The notes: generated by a model from the sequence alone, not told the origin. 32,558 nt of DNA from a virus (IMGVR_UViG_3300028293_000018:1-32558); one strand, 5' to 3'; shown: positions 17,628 to 27,133, counted from the first letter of the stretch. Numbers and translations: made by a program.

Positions 17628-18108
17628 CCTCATCGAGAAGCTAGATTTCTCAGAAGAGAACGTTATCCAGGCGAATCGAGAACAAGCAACTTTGTATTTG
17701 GAAGCGTCACGTTACCGAGTTAAGAAAATGCGTGGACGGATTCGTGCAGAATCAAAGTTTGAAGCAGCCAAGACTGAGGCTGCGATGATCTTGCGGCAGA
17801 AAAAACGGTCTGGGGAGAAAGGAAGTATAACTGAGGGATACATTAAAGATCGCGTTGCTACCAACCCACACGTCCATAGTGCGAAGCGAAAGTTTGAGGA
17901 TGCTGTGGCCTACGAAGAAATGGCCAAGCTGTTACTTGAAACATACAGACAGCGTGGTCGTGCAATCCAGACGCTGGCGGAGATTCTAGGGGCCGAAGCC
18001 CATGCCCAGGCTCGCCAGGCGCGCAGGGATATTGAAGAGGCAGGGCTGGATCAATTGAGGCGTCAAGTGAAACGACGCTTTGAGGCAAGGAGAGAACGTG
18101 ATGAGTAG
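17581..18108 (+). CDS. Coiled-coil protein, possibly a UvsY-like recombination mediator
   Basis: All-helical with ITEGYIKDRVATNP in the middle; upstream of the SSB and RecA genes. The family call is inferred from size and context. Confidence 0.55.
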   Translation: MNRMEELLSQPVNLDDLIEKLDFSEENVIQANREQATLYLEASRYRVKKMRGRIRAESKFEAAKTEAAMILRQKKRSGEKGSITEGYIKDRVATNPHVHSAKRKFEDAVAYEEMAKLLLETYRQRGRAIQTLAEILGAEAHAQARQARRDIEEAGLDQLRRQVKRRFEARRERDE

Positions 18109-18334
18109 TTTTTGGTTGGCGATGGCATATAACGCAATGTTTCTTATGGATGTGCTAATCATAACTGCACTATCGACAAGCGTGATTCGGGTTCTTTCAA
18201 ACAGTTTTGTGGAGTCCATGACAGCCGCTGCTGTTGTTTGGTATAAAGAACGGTTGAACTTCATCGAGCAGTTGGGTGAGGCGAAAGTGGATGACGCAGA
18301 GGATGGACCGGAAGGTAAGAAGAACGTACATTAG
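18101..18334 (+). CDS. Small membrane protein
   Basis: Hydrophobic N-terminal half and acidic tail. Confidence 0.6.
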   Translation: MSSFWLAMAYNAMFLMDVLIITALSTSVIRVLSNSFVESMTAAAVVWYKERLNFIEQLGEAKVDDAEDGPEGKKNVH

Positions 18335-18347
18335 AGGAGGACTGGTA

Positions 18348-19583
18348 ATGAGTGATTGGCGTCAAGAAGCGGCTGACCGTTTGAAAGAAAAGACAAGCAA
18401 AGGCCGTTTCAAACTTGTAGAGGGTGACAACACGATCCGCATCTTACCGCGGGTCAAATCAAAGAAGACAACTCCGTATTTGGAGTATCTCGTTCACCGC
18501 GACGTTGGACCGAACAAACGGTTCCTTCGCTGCGGGCATGCTATTCATGGCGAAGGTGAGTGCTGGCTGTGCGACAAAGCAGCCAAGCTAGCCAAATCAG
18601 ACAGCAAGACTAAACAGAAGATCGCTGCGGCATTGCAGCCCAAAGAACAGTTTGTAGTGCAAATTGCCGTTGTCCAACCAGACAGTGGCAAGATGCGTGG
18701 CCCGTATCTGTGGACAGTGTCTACAGGCGGCAAGAAAAGTTTGGCGATGCGTTTGCTAGGTGTGTTGAAAAACCCGAAGAAGGATTGCATTGACCCGAAG
18801 CGGGGATACAACTTGAATATCGAGCGAACCGGCACTCAGCTTGATACAACGTACACCACACCGATTGTAGACGAAGAACCGTCAAAAGTCCCGAGCAAAA
18901 TCCTAGATCGTTGCAAGGGATTCAACGAACTTATCCCGCCCTACTCCGAAGAGCAACAGAAGGCTGCTTACTTTGGGCAAGATTCGCGGGATGGAGAGGA
19001 CGAGGCGATGGCAACGAAGAAAAAGCGGCGTGAAGAAGAGGATGAGGAGGACGAGACACCGAAGAAGAAAAAGAAACACGGTCGCGACGAAGAGGACGAA
19101 GACGAGTCTGAGGACGAGGAAGAAGAGGAAGAGGACGACACCGAATCCGAAGACGAGGAAGACGAAGACGAGTCACCAAAGAAGAAAAAGAAAAAGAAGT
19201 CTGGTGACGAAGAGGACGAAGACGAAGAGGAAGAGTCTGAGGACGAGGAAGACGAAGACGAGTCGCCCAAGAAGAAAAAGAAAAAGAAGGGCGGCGATGA
19301 AGAGGACGAGGAAGAAGACGAAGAGGAAGAGGACGAGTCCGAAGAGGACGACACCGAAGAGGAAGACGAAGACGAGGCGCCGAAGAAGAAAAAGAAAAAG
19401 TCGGCGGACGAAGACGAAGAGGAAGAGGACGAAGAGGAGGAGCCTGAGGAAGAGGACGAAGAGGAGACACCCAAGAAGAAAAAGAAAAAGAAATCCTCTG
19501 AGGAAGACGAGGAAGAGGAAGAAGAACCTGAAGAAGAGGACGAGGAAGAGGAAGAGCGTCCGAAGAAAAAGAAAAAGAAGTAA
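18348..19583 (+). CDS. gp32-like single-stranded DNA-binding protein with a long acidic/poly-Lys tail
   Basis: RBS GAGGAGG; FKLVEGDNTIRILP, H...C...CWLC putative Zn site, GYNLNIERTGTQLDTTY; immediately upstream of RecA. Confidence 0.8.
   Translation: MSDWRQEAADRLKEKTSKGRFKLVEGDNTIRILPRVKSKKTTPYLEYLVHRDVGPNKRFLRCGHAIHGEGECWLCDKAAKLAKSDSKTKQKIAAALQPKEQFVVQIAVVQPDSGKMRGPYLWTVSTGGKKSLAMRLLGVLKNPKKDCIDPKRGYNLNIERTGTQLDTTYTTPIVDEEPSKVPSKILDRCKGFNELIPPYSEEQQKAAYFGQDSRDGEDEAMATKKKRREEEDEEDETPKKKKKHGRDEEDEDESEDEEEEEEDDTESEDEEDEDESPKKKKKKKSGDEEDEDEEEESEDEEDEDESPKKKKKKKGGDEEDEEEDEEEEDESEEDDTEEEDEDEAPKKKKKKSADEDEEEEDEEEEPEEEDEEETPKKKKKKKSSEEDEEEEEEPEEEDEEEEERPKKKKKK
19008..19580 (+). repeat. Coding low-complexity tandem repeat: (D/E block)-xPK5-7, six copies
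   Basis: GAA/GAG/GAC runs alternate with CCNAAGAAGAAAAAGAAA units; the + strand has almost no T. Confidence 0.95.
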
Positions 19584-19599
19584 CACATAGGAGTTGTCG

Positions 19600-20559
19600 A
19601 TGAAGAAGCCAAGCCCCAAGACCCAACGTGAAAAGGTAGAGCGTAGCGAAGCTGAGCGTGAGATGGCCCTGATCAACAAGAAAATGGGCTTTATGACACT
19701 CGAACTTCAGCCGCGCACCTGGTTAGATACTGGAAGCAAGATCCTCAACGCAGTCATGGGTTCAGAAGAAAAAGGCATCGCCTACGGGAAGATGATCGAA
19801 ATTTCTGGACCAGAGTCTCATGGCAAGAGTCTGTTATCAGCACTGCTGACCGGACTCGCTGAAGCCGATGGGGCCGAATGTTGCTGGGTGGATCTCGAAA
19901 ACAGTCTCGACCGGCGTTGGGTCAAGGGGCAAGGCATCTCCTGGGATAGACTCTATAGGGCTTATCCTAAGCTGGTGCAAGAGTCTAAGAAATCAAAGCC
20001 GCGTCTTCAGACGGCGGAAGAAATATGCACCGAGGTTGAGATGTGGATGGAACGCCGCCATTCGAAGGGCGTGAAGAAGATGTTTATAGTTGTTGATTCA
20101 GTGATTGCGTTTCTGGTTGAAGAGGAAAGTGAAGCAGGTAATCTCGATCAGAATATGCGGACGAAAATATCGTTGGCTGCGTTTCTCTCGCGATTGCTGA
20201 GGCGCTGGTGCGCGTTGTCCCAGGTCTACAACGCCACTATAATCTTTATTAATCAGTTGCGAATGAATCCCGGGCAACGGTTCGGCAATCCAGAACAAAC
20301 CTCAGGTGGTAAGGCGTTGAAGTTTTACTGCTCGATCAGAGTAGCGGTTCGGCGTGTCAAAGGCGGGCGGTTGCTTCAGAAGGGCAAGATGGTTGGATTG
20401 CGCGGTATCATCACCAACAATAAAAATAAAGCAGGAGGTGGATCGGAAGAAGGCATGAAGGCAGGTTTCAAAGTGCGATTCCCGAGTGATTGGGGTTTCT
20501 TGAGTGCAGCTAAACTGAAAAAAGATGCAGCAGGGGGAGATGAAGATGGCGAAGAGTAA
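19600..20559 (+). CDS. recA: RecA/UvsX-like recombinase
   Basis: DTGS..LN, Walker A GPESHGKS, VDLE, IVVDS, IFINQLR, GGKALKFYCSIR, KNK. Confidence 0.93.
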   Translation: MKKPSPKTQREKVERSEAEREMALINKKMGFMTLELQPRTWLDTGSKILNAVMGSEEKGIAYGKMIEISGPESHGKSLLSALLTGLAEADGAECCWVDLENSLDRRWVKGQGISWDRLYRAYPKLVQESKKSKPRLQTAEEICTEVEMWMERRHSKGVKKMFIVVDSVIAFLVEEESEAGNLDQNMRTKISLAAFLSRLLRRWCALSQVYNATIIFINQLRMNPGQRFGNPEQTSGGKALKFYCSIRVAVRRVKGGRLLQKGKMVGLRGIITNNKNKAGGGSEEGMKAGFKVRFPSDWGFLSAAKLKKDAAGGDEDGEE

Positions 20560-20869
20560 TGACAAATTAAATGAGAACGACAAAGAGAACGCTTTGCACG
20601 ATGCAAACAACGCTCACCGCGAGCAGAAGCTTGACCGCAATCTGTTGCCTGTTCTCGAAGACCTCGGCATAATGTCCAGACTCATCCGTGAAGTGGATAT
20701 GGGTCGGTTGTCAATGCCTGATGCGCGAAAGCAGATAGCGGGATGGTTTAAGTCAATGGGGCCCGGTGATAGTGAAACCAAACTGGATATTCGCAACCGC
20801 ATGCGGCGCCTGAAGCAGATCGTTGATGCCATGAATGAAGAAGTTCAAACGCAAGCGAGCCAACTGTGA
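20546..20869 (+). CDS. Hypothetical helical protein
   Basis: GGAG upstream; short overlaps with both neighbours. Confidence 0.65.
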   Translation: MAKSNDKLNENDKENALHDANNAHREQKLDRNLLPVLEDLGIMSRLIREVDMGRLSMPDARKQIAGWFKSMGPGDSETKLDIRNRMRRLKQIVDAMNEEVQTQASQL

Positions 20870-21066
20870 GTATCAAACACCTTACCATCGTCATTCCAGT
20901 TGATGGCATAGATTTACTGCCACACGAGATCGAAGATTTTGTGAAGGCTGCGAAGAAAGCGTCGGTGATCAACATCGAAGTTGCTAGGCAACATAAGACT
21001 CACCCCTGTGAGACGATTTCTTACTCATTCAGTGCAGAAAACTTCAACGTCAAGGTAGGGATATGA
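20866..21066 (+). CDS. Small hypothetical protein
   Basis: GTGA and ATGA overlaps at the two ends. Confidence 0.65.
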   Translation: MSIKHLTIVIPVDGIDLLPHEIEDFVKAAKKASVINIEVARQHKTHPCETISYSFSAENFNVKVGI

Positions 21067-22055
21067 GTCAGCAACTCTCACTGGCCTATCGTCCTAAATC
21101 GCTCGATTCAATGATCGGGCAGAAATCAGTGGTGAAGCGTGTCAGAGCACAAATCGAATCGGGGCGCATCCCGGCGGCGTGGCTCTTTATCGGCGAGTCA
21201 GGAGCAGGCAAGACAACGATCGCTAGAAATATTGCTTACGGACTTCAGTGTAAACATGTTAGTCCTTTCGGATCAGCTTGCGAAACTTGCCGCAACAACA
21301 TTGCAAAGTTTGACATCGTTGAAATTAATACAGCAGAATTTTCAGGCGTTGAGGAAATTGAACAAATTCTAGCCGGATCAAACTACAGCCCGAAGCCGCC
21401 CAGCCGTAAGCGGGTGTACATTTTTGATGAGGCGCACAAACTCAGCAACGCAGCCCAGACCTTGATGCTGAAGTATCTCGAAGACAGCCCACCTTCAACT
21501 TGTTTCGTTATCACTACCACTGAGCCTGGTAAGCTTCTGCGAACTATTCGCAGGCGGTGTGTCAGCTATCCGCTGAACAATCTGACTGTCGAAGGCGTAG
21601 AGTTGCTGGTCAAGCGAGCGTTGAAGTTTGCAAAGTCTGATCGTGATGCCGAGCCCCTGGTTGAGCGGTTGATGGAAGCTGGTATCACTAGCCCAGGCTT
21701 TGTTGTTCTCGCTGTTGAGAAGTATGCGGCTGGTGAGAAGGCTGATCGCGCAGCGCAGGTAGGGATAGACTCATCACTGAATACACTCGATCTTTGCCGA
21801 AACATTGTGCAAGGGAACTGGTCGCGTGTGCAGCCAATCTTGATGAATGCTAACCCAGAAGACGCTAGAGCTATTCGGCAATCGTTGGCTGGTTATCTGA
21901 AAGGGATGCTGGTTCGCGAGACAAACCCAAAGCGTGCTGCGTTGATTGCAGATTCAATCACAATGCTGGTCAAGTTCATGTCGTTTGAAGAAGGAATGCA
22001 GTTGGCTGGCACTGTCGCAGCGGTGTACAATATTTGTAGGTTCTTCAAGGGATGA
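21063..22055 (+). CDS. dnaX: Clamp loader ATPase (DnaX gamma/tau-like)
   Basis: YRP, IGQ, Walker A GESGAGKT, Zn module C...CETC, Walker B FDEAH, LKYLE, TIRRRC (SRC-equivalent). Confidence 0.92.
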   Translation: MSQQLSLAYRPKSLDSMIGQKSVVKRVRAQIESGRIPAAWLFIGESGAGKTTIARNIAYGLQCKHVSPFGSACETCRNNIAKFDIVEINTAEFSGVEEIEQILAGSNYSPKPPSRKRVYIFDEAHKLSNAAQTLMLKYLEDSPPSTCFVITTTEPGKLLRTIRRRCVSYPLNNLTVEGVELLVKRALKFAKSDRDAEPLVERLMEAGITSPGFVVLAVEKYAAGEKADRAAQVGIDSSLNTLDLCRNIVQGNWSRVQPILMNANPEDARAIRQSLAGYLKGMLVRETNPKRAALIADSITMLVKFMSFEEGMQLAGTVAAVYNICRFFKG

Positions 22056-22348
22056 ACATGAATCACTACTCGGCAAGAACATTCGATGGTTCGACTGTTA
22101 TCAGTTGGGTACTGCGAATGGCGGGCCACTGGATGAAGGATAGTATCAATACTTCAGCGTTAGAGTACCATTGCAGGAAATTTCTCGATGGTGCAAGCCC
22201 AGCCGATCGCAGTTATGCGTTGAAGCGACTTGCAGAAGCGTTAAAGAAAATGAGACAGGCAGTAGATATTCTCGCAAGGATGTTTGCAATCAAACTTGAG
22301 GAGTCAGATGATGCTGAAACTACTGGTAACGGCCGACTGGCAAGCTGA
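22052..22348 (+). CDS. Hypothetical protein
   Basis: 98 aa, ATGA overlap with dnaX. Confidence 0.6.
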   Translation: MNMNHYSARTFDGSTVISWVLRMAGHWMKDSINTSALEYHCRKFLDGASPADRSYALKRLAEALKKMRQAVDILARMFAIKLEESDDAETTGNGRLAS

Positions 22349-25145
22349 TTGGGAAAATCTTGATCTTTGCCGCAAAGCAGCCGAAGAAGTTCTATCACTT
22401 GTCAAAGAGCATGAACTTGACTACGTTATCTTCGCTGGCGATCTCAAACGCCACTACAATCCTGTCGATGTTCGCGTAACGCAATTCTGGACAGACTTTC
22501 TAGCTGAACTTGATCTAACTACAAAAGCATTTTTGCTTTTGGGTAATCACGATCGAGTTGGCATGTACTCAGAGGCTACCAATTGGTTGCCAATTCTGCA
22601 CCGTGCTGGCGCTACACCGATCCATCAAGGTGCTCGTGTCTTTTCTCGCGATGGCACTAGTCTATGCTTTCTTCCGTTCTCATCGAGCCGCGAGAAGACT
22701 AAACGCTGGGCTAATGAACTCAGCAAGAACATGCCAACAAATAGGCAGAACGTTTTGTTCTTTCACAATGACATTCGCGGATGCAAGTACAATGTGCTCG
22801 GTGCTGCATCGACGGGGAAGTTGACATCGAATGATCTTCACGCCGACGAGTACGATTATTGTTTTGGTGGACATGTCCACTTGCGGCAAGATATTACTGG
22901 GAACAACTGTTGGTATGTAGGCTCGCCTTTTGCTACAGATTGGGGGGAGGCGAATCAAACAAAAGGATATACGCTACTGATTGGTAAAGAAATGAAGTTC
23001 ATCCAGTCGAAGATACCAGGCTGGTATGATCCTTCATGGCCAAAGTTCCCGCACAAAAAGGAGAACTGGAATGGCTGCCGAATCCGACTCAAAGTACCTC
23101 TCGAAGTTGGCCAAAACTATCCCGCTGTTCTTGAGAAAACGAGGCATGATGCTGAACGCAAATATCCCGGCGCGATTGTCTTCACCATCCCCGATTTCAA
23201 AGAACAGAAATCAGACGTTATCGAAATCAGTAGCCATGACTCAGACAAGGATAAGATTACGGCGTATGTGGAAGAAACTTTGCCGGAGAGTCTACGCCGA
23301 TCTCACGAGAATGGAATCATTAGATTCTTGGCGTACAAACTGAAGAAGGCGTCAGAAGGGTTAGGGCTGCGCAAGGCCAACAAAATAGAGTTCATCAAAG
23401 CAACAGCCCACAATTTTCTCAGCTACAAAGACCTTGAGATTTCATTTGAGGGTGAAGGGTTGAGACTGGTTACGTCCACGAACTTCGACTGGATGGGAAG
23501 GTCGAATGGTGGAGGTAAGAGTAACTTTCTACAGACTGTTCCTGTTGCACTGTTTGGTAAGACTTTCAAAGAGCAGAAACACAATGCTTGGGCTAACAGC
23601 AAGCGGAAAGGTAAAGCATGGGTGAGTCTAAAGTTCAACGATGGCCACAATCGAGTGGCCAAGGTAACACGAGTTCGGCGCCCGGGCAAACTTCGTTTCT
23701 GGGTGAATGGCAAAGAGCAGTCTTCTGGTATGCAGTCGACCAGCCACGCCGGAACGCAGGGCTTGGTGGAGAAGCATTCGGGATTCACGTGGCAGACCTT
23801 AGCCAATGCAGTTTATATCGATCAGGAGCAAGTGGCCACATTTCTGAACGGTACTGGCGCGGAACAAAAGAAAATTCTTGAACGCTTTCAGAACCTAGAG
23901 CGGTTTGTTGCAGCAATGGAGTTGGTGAAGACCGATCTGGGCCACTCTGAGGAAGCACTCGAAGCCGCGAAGCAGCAGGAGCAGGATGCAAATGTTCGAA
24001 TCAAGACGATTGAAGACATAGTCAAGGGGCTTGAGAGTTCTGAACTTGATGAGACTCTTGTCAGAAGTTGCAAAGAGGCTTGGCTCGACTCGAAAAAGGC
24101 ATTGCGTGAAGGGCACGAACTGGTACGAGAAAAAGGCGGTATGCTGTCTAGGAAAATAGCTCGTCTTGATAAAGAGACCGATCGAATCCAGACAAAGCGT
24201 GATAACGTTCACGTTCGAATGCTTCGGCAGAAGGCCCGCATTCAAGAAATCAACGCCACTATTGAACAGGGTCGTGAAACCGTAGGTGTTGTCGAATGCC
24301 CAATGTGTTTTTCTCAAGTTGATCCTGCCCACATTGCCAGACACATCAAGAAACTAGAACGTGAAAAGGTTGATGTGTTGACGCAGTTGCAACATGACAA
24401 ACAAATCTACGAGGACCTGGCAGAGTTGTGGAAAGAGACACACGATCGAAGCGAACGCGCAACAGATCGACGTCTCTCGATGAACGACAACATCATCGAA
24501 CTACAGCGTGATGTGATAGCTAACCTCAGCGCCTATCGTGGTGCAAAGAAACGGTGGAGTGAATACGAGTCACGCATGCGCCATTTTGAGAAGCGAATCA
24601 AGAAGGCTCAGAAGGATGTTGAGTTTTGGCGGAAGCAATCCTCTATATTAGATGAAGACCGACAGGTGATGGAGTATTGCGTGAAAGCATTCTCGCGCAA
24701 CGGCATCCCGGCGTTCTTGAATGCGCAGATTTGTCCAGAGTTGAATAAGCAAGCGAAGTTCTACTCTGACGTGTTTACGGATAGTGAGATTCAGGTGCGG
24801 TTCTCAGTGGCTGAGGCAGAGTTTAATGTTGAGATCATCAACGCGCATGGCGGCAAAGGTATCGGTGATCAGTCGGCTGGCGAGAAAAAGATGGCGGCGA
24901 TCATTGCTAGTTTTGCTCTACGCAGTATTGCTCCTGCGTGTAATCTACTGGTTCTGGATGAGCCTGGTGATGGTCTTGATGCTACCAACGCAAAGGCTTT
25001 TGCCTCTGGGCTGAAGCGACTGAAAGACGATTTGGGAACTGTATTTTTGACAACTCATAATCCAGTGATCTTGGCAGAGTTGTCTGGTGAGGATGTAATC
25101 AGAATCGAGAAGAGAGGCGGTATCAGTCGTGTCGTGGCCGAATGA
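22308..25145 (+). CDS. Fused Mre11/SbcD metallophosphoesterase and Rad50/SbcC ATPase
   Basis: Nuclease motifs TADWQ, AGDL, GNHD, FFH, GHVH. Then Walker A SNGGGKS, Q-loop YIDQ, Zn-hook CPMC, signature SAGEK, Walker B VLDEP and H-loop TTH, all in one uninterrupted ORF. Confidence 0.93.
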   Translation: MMLKLLVTADWQADWENLDLCRKAAEEVLSLVKEHELDYVIFAGDLKRHYNPVDVRVTQFWTDFLAELDLTTKAFLLLGNHDRVGMYSEATNWLPILHRAGATPIHQGARVFSRDGTSLCFLPFSSSREKTKRWANELSKNMPTNRQNVLFFHNDIRGCKYNVLGAASTGKLTSNDLHADEYDYCFGGHVHLRQDITGNNCWYVGSPFATDWGEANQTKGYTLLIGKEMKFIQSKIPGWYDPSWPKFPHKKENWNGCRIRLKVPLEVGQNYPAVLEKTRHDAERKYPGAIVFTIPDFKEQKSDVIEISSHDSDKDKITAYVEETLPESLRRSHENGIIRFLAYKLKKASEGLGLRKANKIEFIKATAHNFLSYKDLEISFEGEGLRLVTSTNFDWMGRSNGGGKSNFLQTVPVALFGKTFKEQKHNAWANSKRKGKAWVSLKFNDGHNRVAKVTRVRRPGKLRFWVNGKEQSSGMQSTSHAGTQGLVEKHSGFTWQTLANAVYIDQEQVATFLNGTGAEQKKILERFQNLERFVAAMELVKTDLGHSEEALEAAKQQEQDANVRIKTIEDIVKGLESSELDETLVRSCKEAWLDSKKALREGHELVREKGGMLSRKIARLDKETDRIQTKRDNVHVRMLRQKARIQEINATIEQGRETVGVVECPMCFSQVDPAHIARHIKKLEREKVDVLTQLQHDKQIYEDLAELWKETHDRSERATDRRLSMNDNIIELQRDVIANLSAYRGAKKRWSEYESRMRHFEKRIKKAQKDVEFWRKQSSILDEDRQVMEYCVKAFSRNGIPAFLNAQICPELNKQAKFYSDVFTDSEIQVRFSVAEAEFNVEIINAHGGKGIGDQSAGEKKMAAIIASFALRSIAPACNLLVLDEPGDGLDATNAKAFASGLKRLKDDLGTVFLTTHNPVILAELSGEDVIRIEKRGGISRVVAE

Positions 25146-25236
25146 CAAGCCGTACGCTTTCTTGTATGTTCTTGCTATCCATACATTGGGTTGGATTGCG
25201 GGCTTCTTTACATGTTACATCATCACCAGAAAATAG
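25129..25236 (+). CDS. Putative 35-aa membrane peptide (not in the ORF track)
   Basis: GTG at 25129. Reads MSWPNDKPYAFLYVLAIHTLGWIAGFFTCYIITRK, a TM helix with a basic C-terminus. Confidence 0.4.
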   Translation: MSWPNDKPYAFLYVLAIHTLGWIAGFFTCYIITRK

Positions 25237-25331
25237 CCTCAATCAGGCCTGATAGCTGGAATGTAGGGGCTCATCGAGAAACCGCCTCATATTCAGTGCC
25301 TTTACCGGCGACTTGCTAAGGAGAATCGATC

Positions 25332-25760
25332 ATGGATGTATTTAATCGAATGCAGTGGCTGGGATTGGCATGCTTGGTATTTATTGTTGCGAGCATAGTT
25401 GCGTTTAGCACATACCTAATCAAAACCGATCACGAACTCAAGCAGACCAGAGTTGAATTGGCAAACGCTAAAAACGAACTAGCCCAGACAAAAAAGGACC
25501 TTGATATTGCGTTGCTGCATCAACAAGGTAAGCTTGAGTGGGCGCCGATGAAAGGCGCTGAGATTCAACCAGCGATGCCTCGTGAAGAGTTTGATCTGTT
25601 GCTTGAATGGATGGACTTGAGGCGGCAGTGCGATCACTTCGGTCCAGTACCGGGAAACGTCATCACCTCAGGCGGAGCAGACGGTCATCTATGGTGCGAC
25701 CAGCACTATGAAAATCTTAGCGCAGCAACAGAACAGTGGTTCAAACATCACAAGAGGTAA
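25332..25760 (+). CDS. Membrane-anchored protein, paralog of the next gene
   Basis: RBS AAGGAG; N-terminal TM helix, coiled coil, W....C...GP...WC motif. Confidence 0.75.
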   Translation: MDVFNRMQWLGLACLVFIVASIVAFSTYLIKTDHELKQTRVELANAKNELAQTKKDLDIALLHQQGKLEWAPMKGAEIQPAMPREEFDLLLEWMDLRRQCDHFGPVPGNVITSGGADGHLWCDQHYENLSAATEQWFKHHKR

Positions 25761-25765
25761 ATGCA

Positions 25766-26074
25766 ATGTCGATTAGAACTGATTTGTGCGACGGGTTGAA
25801 GCAGCAGTGGTGGTTGGCATGGGTACTATTTATTATGACGTTTGTTGTTTTCTTGTACAAAGACGTGCACGGAGTGAAACTCGAGCGTGAGCAAGTGGAA
25901 CTGACTCTCAAGTGGATTGAGTTCAAAAATCATTGCAGCATTCTTGGGCCATACTCGTCATGGGAAGGACGTACTGACGTCGAAAAGCAGTGGTGCGGTA
26001 TTCGCGAACGGGAACTAGAACTTGACACAAATCAGTACTACGAAACAGGCAAATTGAAGGAGACGGAGAAGTGA
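25766..26074 (+). CDS. Membrane-anchored protein, paralog of the previous gene
   Basis: RBS GAGGT; N-terminal TM helix, W....C...GP...WC motif. Confidence 0.72.
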   Translation: MSIRTDLCDGLKQQWWLAWVLFIMTFVVFLYKDVHGVKLEREQVELTLKWIEFKNHCSILGPYSSWEGRTDVEKQWCGIRERELELDTNQYYETGKLKETEK

Positions 26075-26595
26075 GAATCTTGACGCTGCATGACAAAGTG
26101 CAAGAGAGTCTAGAGTTGATTCGCAACTATCATCGCAAGTGGGGTAACCATATGTTCATTGGCCACTCGGGAGGGAAGGATAGTTGCGTGGTGCACCATC
26201 TCGCGCGGCAAGTGCATTTGTTTGGTACAGTACATAATCCCAAAGACGAAGTAGTGCCTGAAACGCGAGACTTTCTCTATCGGCTATCGATGCGTTGCCC
26301 AATTAATTTTGTGCCAAAGCAGTTCATGCCAGACTTTCTCATCAAGAATAATCTGAAACTTCAGATCGATGGCAGTCGGCAGGCGGAGTGGAATAGAGAG
26401 TCGCGGAGTACAAATATCATTGCAGGCGGCAAGGAGATCAACAGAAAAGAAATGCAACCGTTTGTTACAGGCGGTGTGTTCGGATTGAACATTCTTTATC
26501 CGATCGTGTATTGGACCGATGCAGATGTGTGGCGCTACATCAAACTTCACAACATAAAGGTGTCAGATGAGTACCGTGAATCCCTTTCAGCTTGA
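26071..26595 (+). CDS. PAPS reductase-family (PP-loop) protein, minimal
   Basis: SGGKDS, PET, DGSRQAE, YPIVYWTDADVWRYI; only 174 aa. Confidence 0.88.
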   Translation: MRILTLHDKVQESLELIRNYHRKWGNHMFIGHSGGKDSCVVHHLARQVHLFGTVHNPKDEVVPETRDFLYRLSMRCPINFVPKQFMPDFLIKNNLKLQIDGSRQAEWNRESRSTNIIAGGKEINRKEMQPFVTGGVFGLNILYPIVYWTDADVWRYIKLHNIKVSDEYRESLSA

Positions 26596-27124
26596 TCGGA
26601 AGTTGCGTTTTGTCATTCTTGCTCCTCACGTCGATGATGAGGTGATTGGTTGCTGGCGGCTGTTGAACTCGGGATTGGTTGTCGGTGTTGCATATTTCTA
26701 TGAGGTGGACACTGTACGCGGCATGGAGGCAACACGTTGTGCAGATGATTTTGACTTTCAAATTATTGAAGCACACTACATTGACCAGGAAATGGAGCGT
26801 GTCAAAGCAAATGCGTTGTTGGTGCCTAACATTGCCGACTATCATCCGCATCACAAGGCGGTGAATCGTCTAGCAGACTCTTTGGAATACCGAAAGTACT
26901 ATTACTCGGTTGACATGAACGTTGAGATGGATGTGCTTTCTGAAGAACATCAAGCCCAGAAGCAACGCCAGCTTCTTACTCTCTTTCCCAGTCAACGGAG
27001 GTTGATCGAATCAACAGACAAGTACCATTTGTTTGAGTCATTGCTGAGTACCGATTGGGTGGATATGCGTGTCAATTCATCTGATACAAGAAAACAGTCA
27101 ATTGTGTCAGTTAAACCACTGTGA
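26567..27124 (+). CDS. PIG-L/LmbE-family N-acetyl-sugar deacetylase-like protein
   Basis: APHVDDE and HPHH metal motifs, K...L..FPSQ. Confidence 0.85.
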   Translation: MSTVNPFQLDRKLRFVILAPHVDDEVIGCWRLLNSGLVVGVAYFYEVDTVRGMEATRCADDFDFQIIEAHYIDQEMERVKANALLVPNIADYHPHHKAVNRLADSLEYRKYYYSVDMNVEMDVLSEEHQAQKQRQLLTLFPSQRRLIESTDKYHLFESLLSTDWVDMRVNSSDTRKQSIVSVKPL

Positions 27125-27133
27125 AGGAGTGAC

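Noticed and set aside
19008-19580. Possible CRISPR-like repeat-spacer array
   Set aside because: The units are in-frame coding low-complexity sequence, the would-be spacers resemble each other, the repeats are not palindromic, and there are no cas genes.
18931-19679. Long alternative-frame and minus-strand ORFs (poly-S/F, poly-L/F, R/K/T-rich)
   Set aside because: They are shadow frames of the SSB's purine-rich repeat, which lacks stop codons for compositional reasons.
3621-20559. Inteins or introns in DnaB, polymerase or RecA
   Set aside because: Lengths are normal, the conserved motifs are contiguous, and I saw no intein splice-junction or LAGLIDADG signatures.
26071-26595. Dnd/Ssp phosphorothioation system suggested by the PAPS-reductase-family gene
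   Set aside because: The protein is far shorter than DndC, and no cysteine desulfurase or DndB/D/E is present. The nearby ATPase is an Mre11-fused Rad50.
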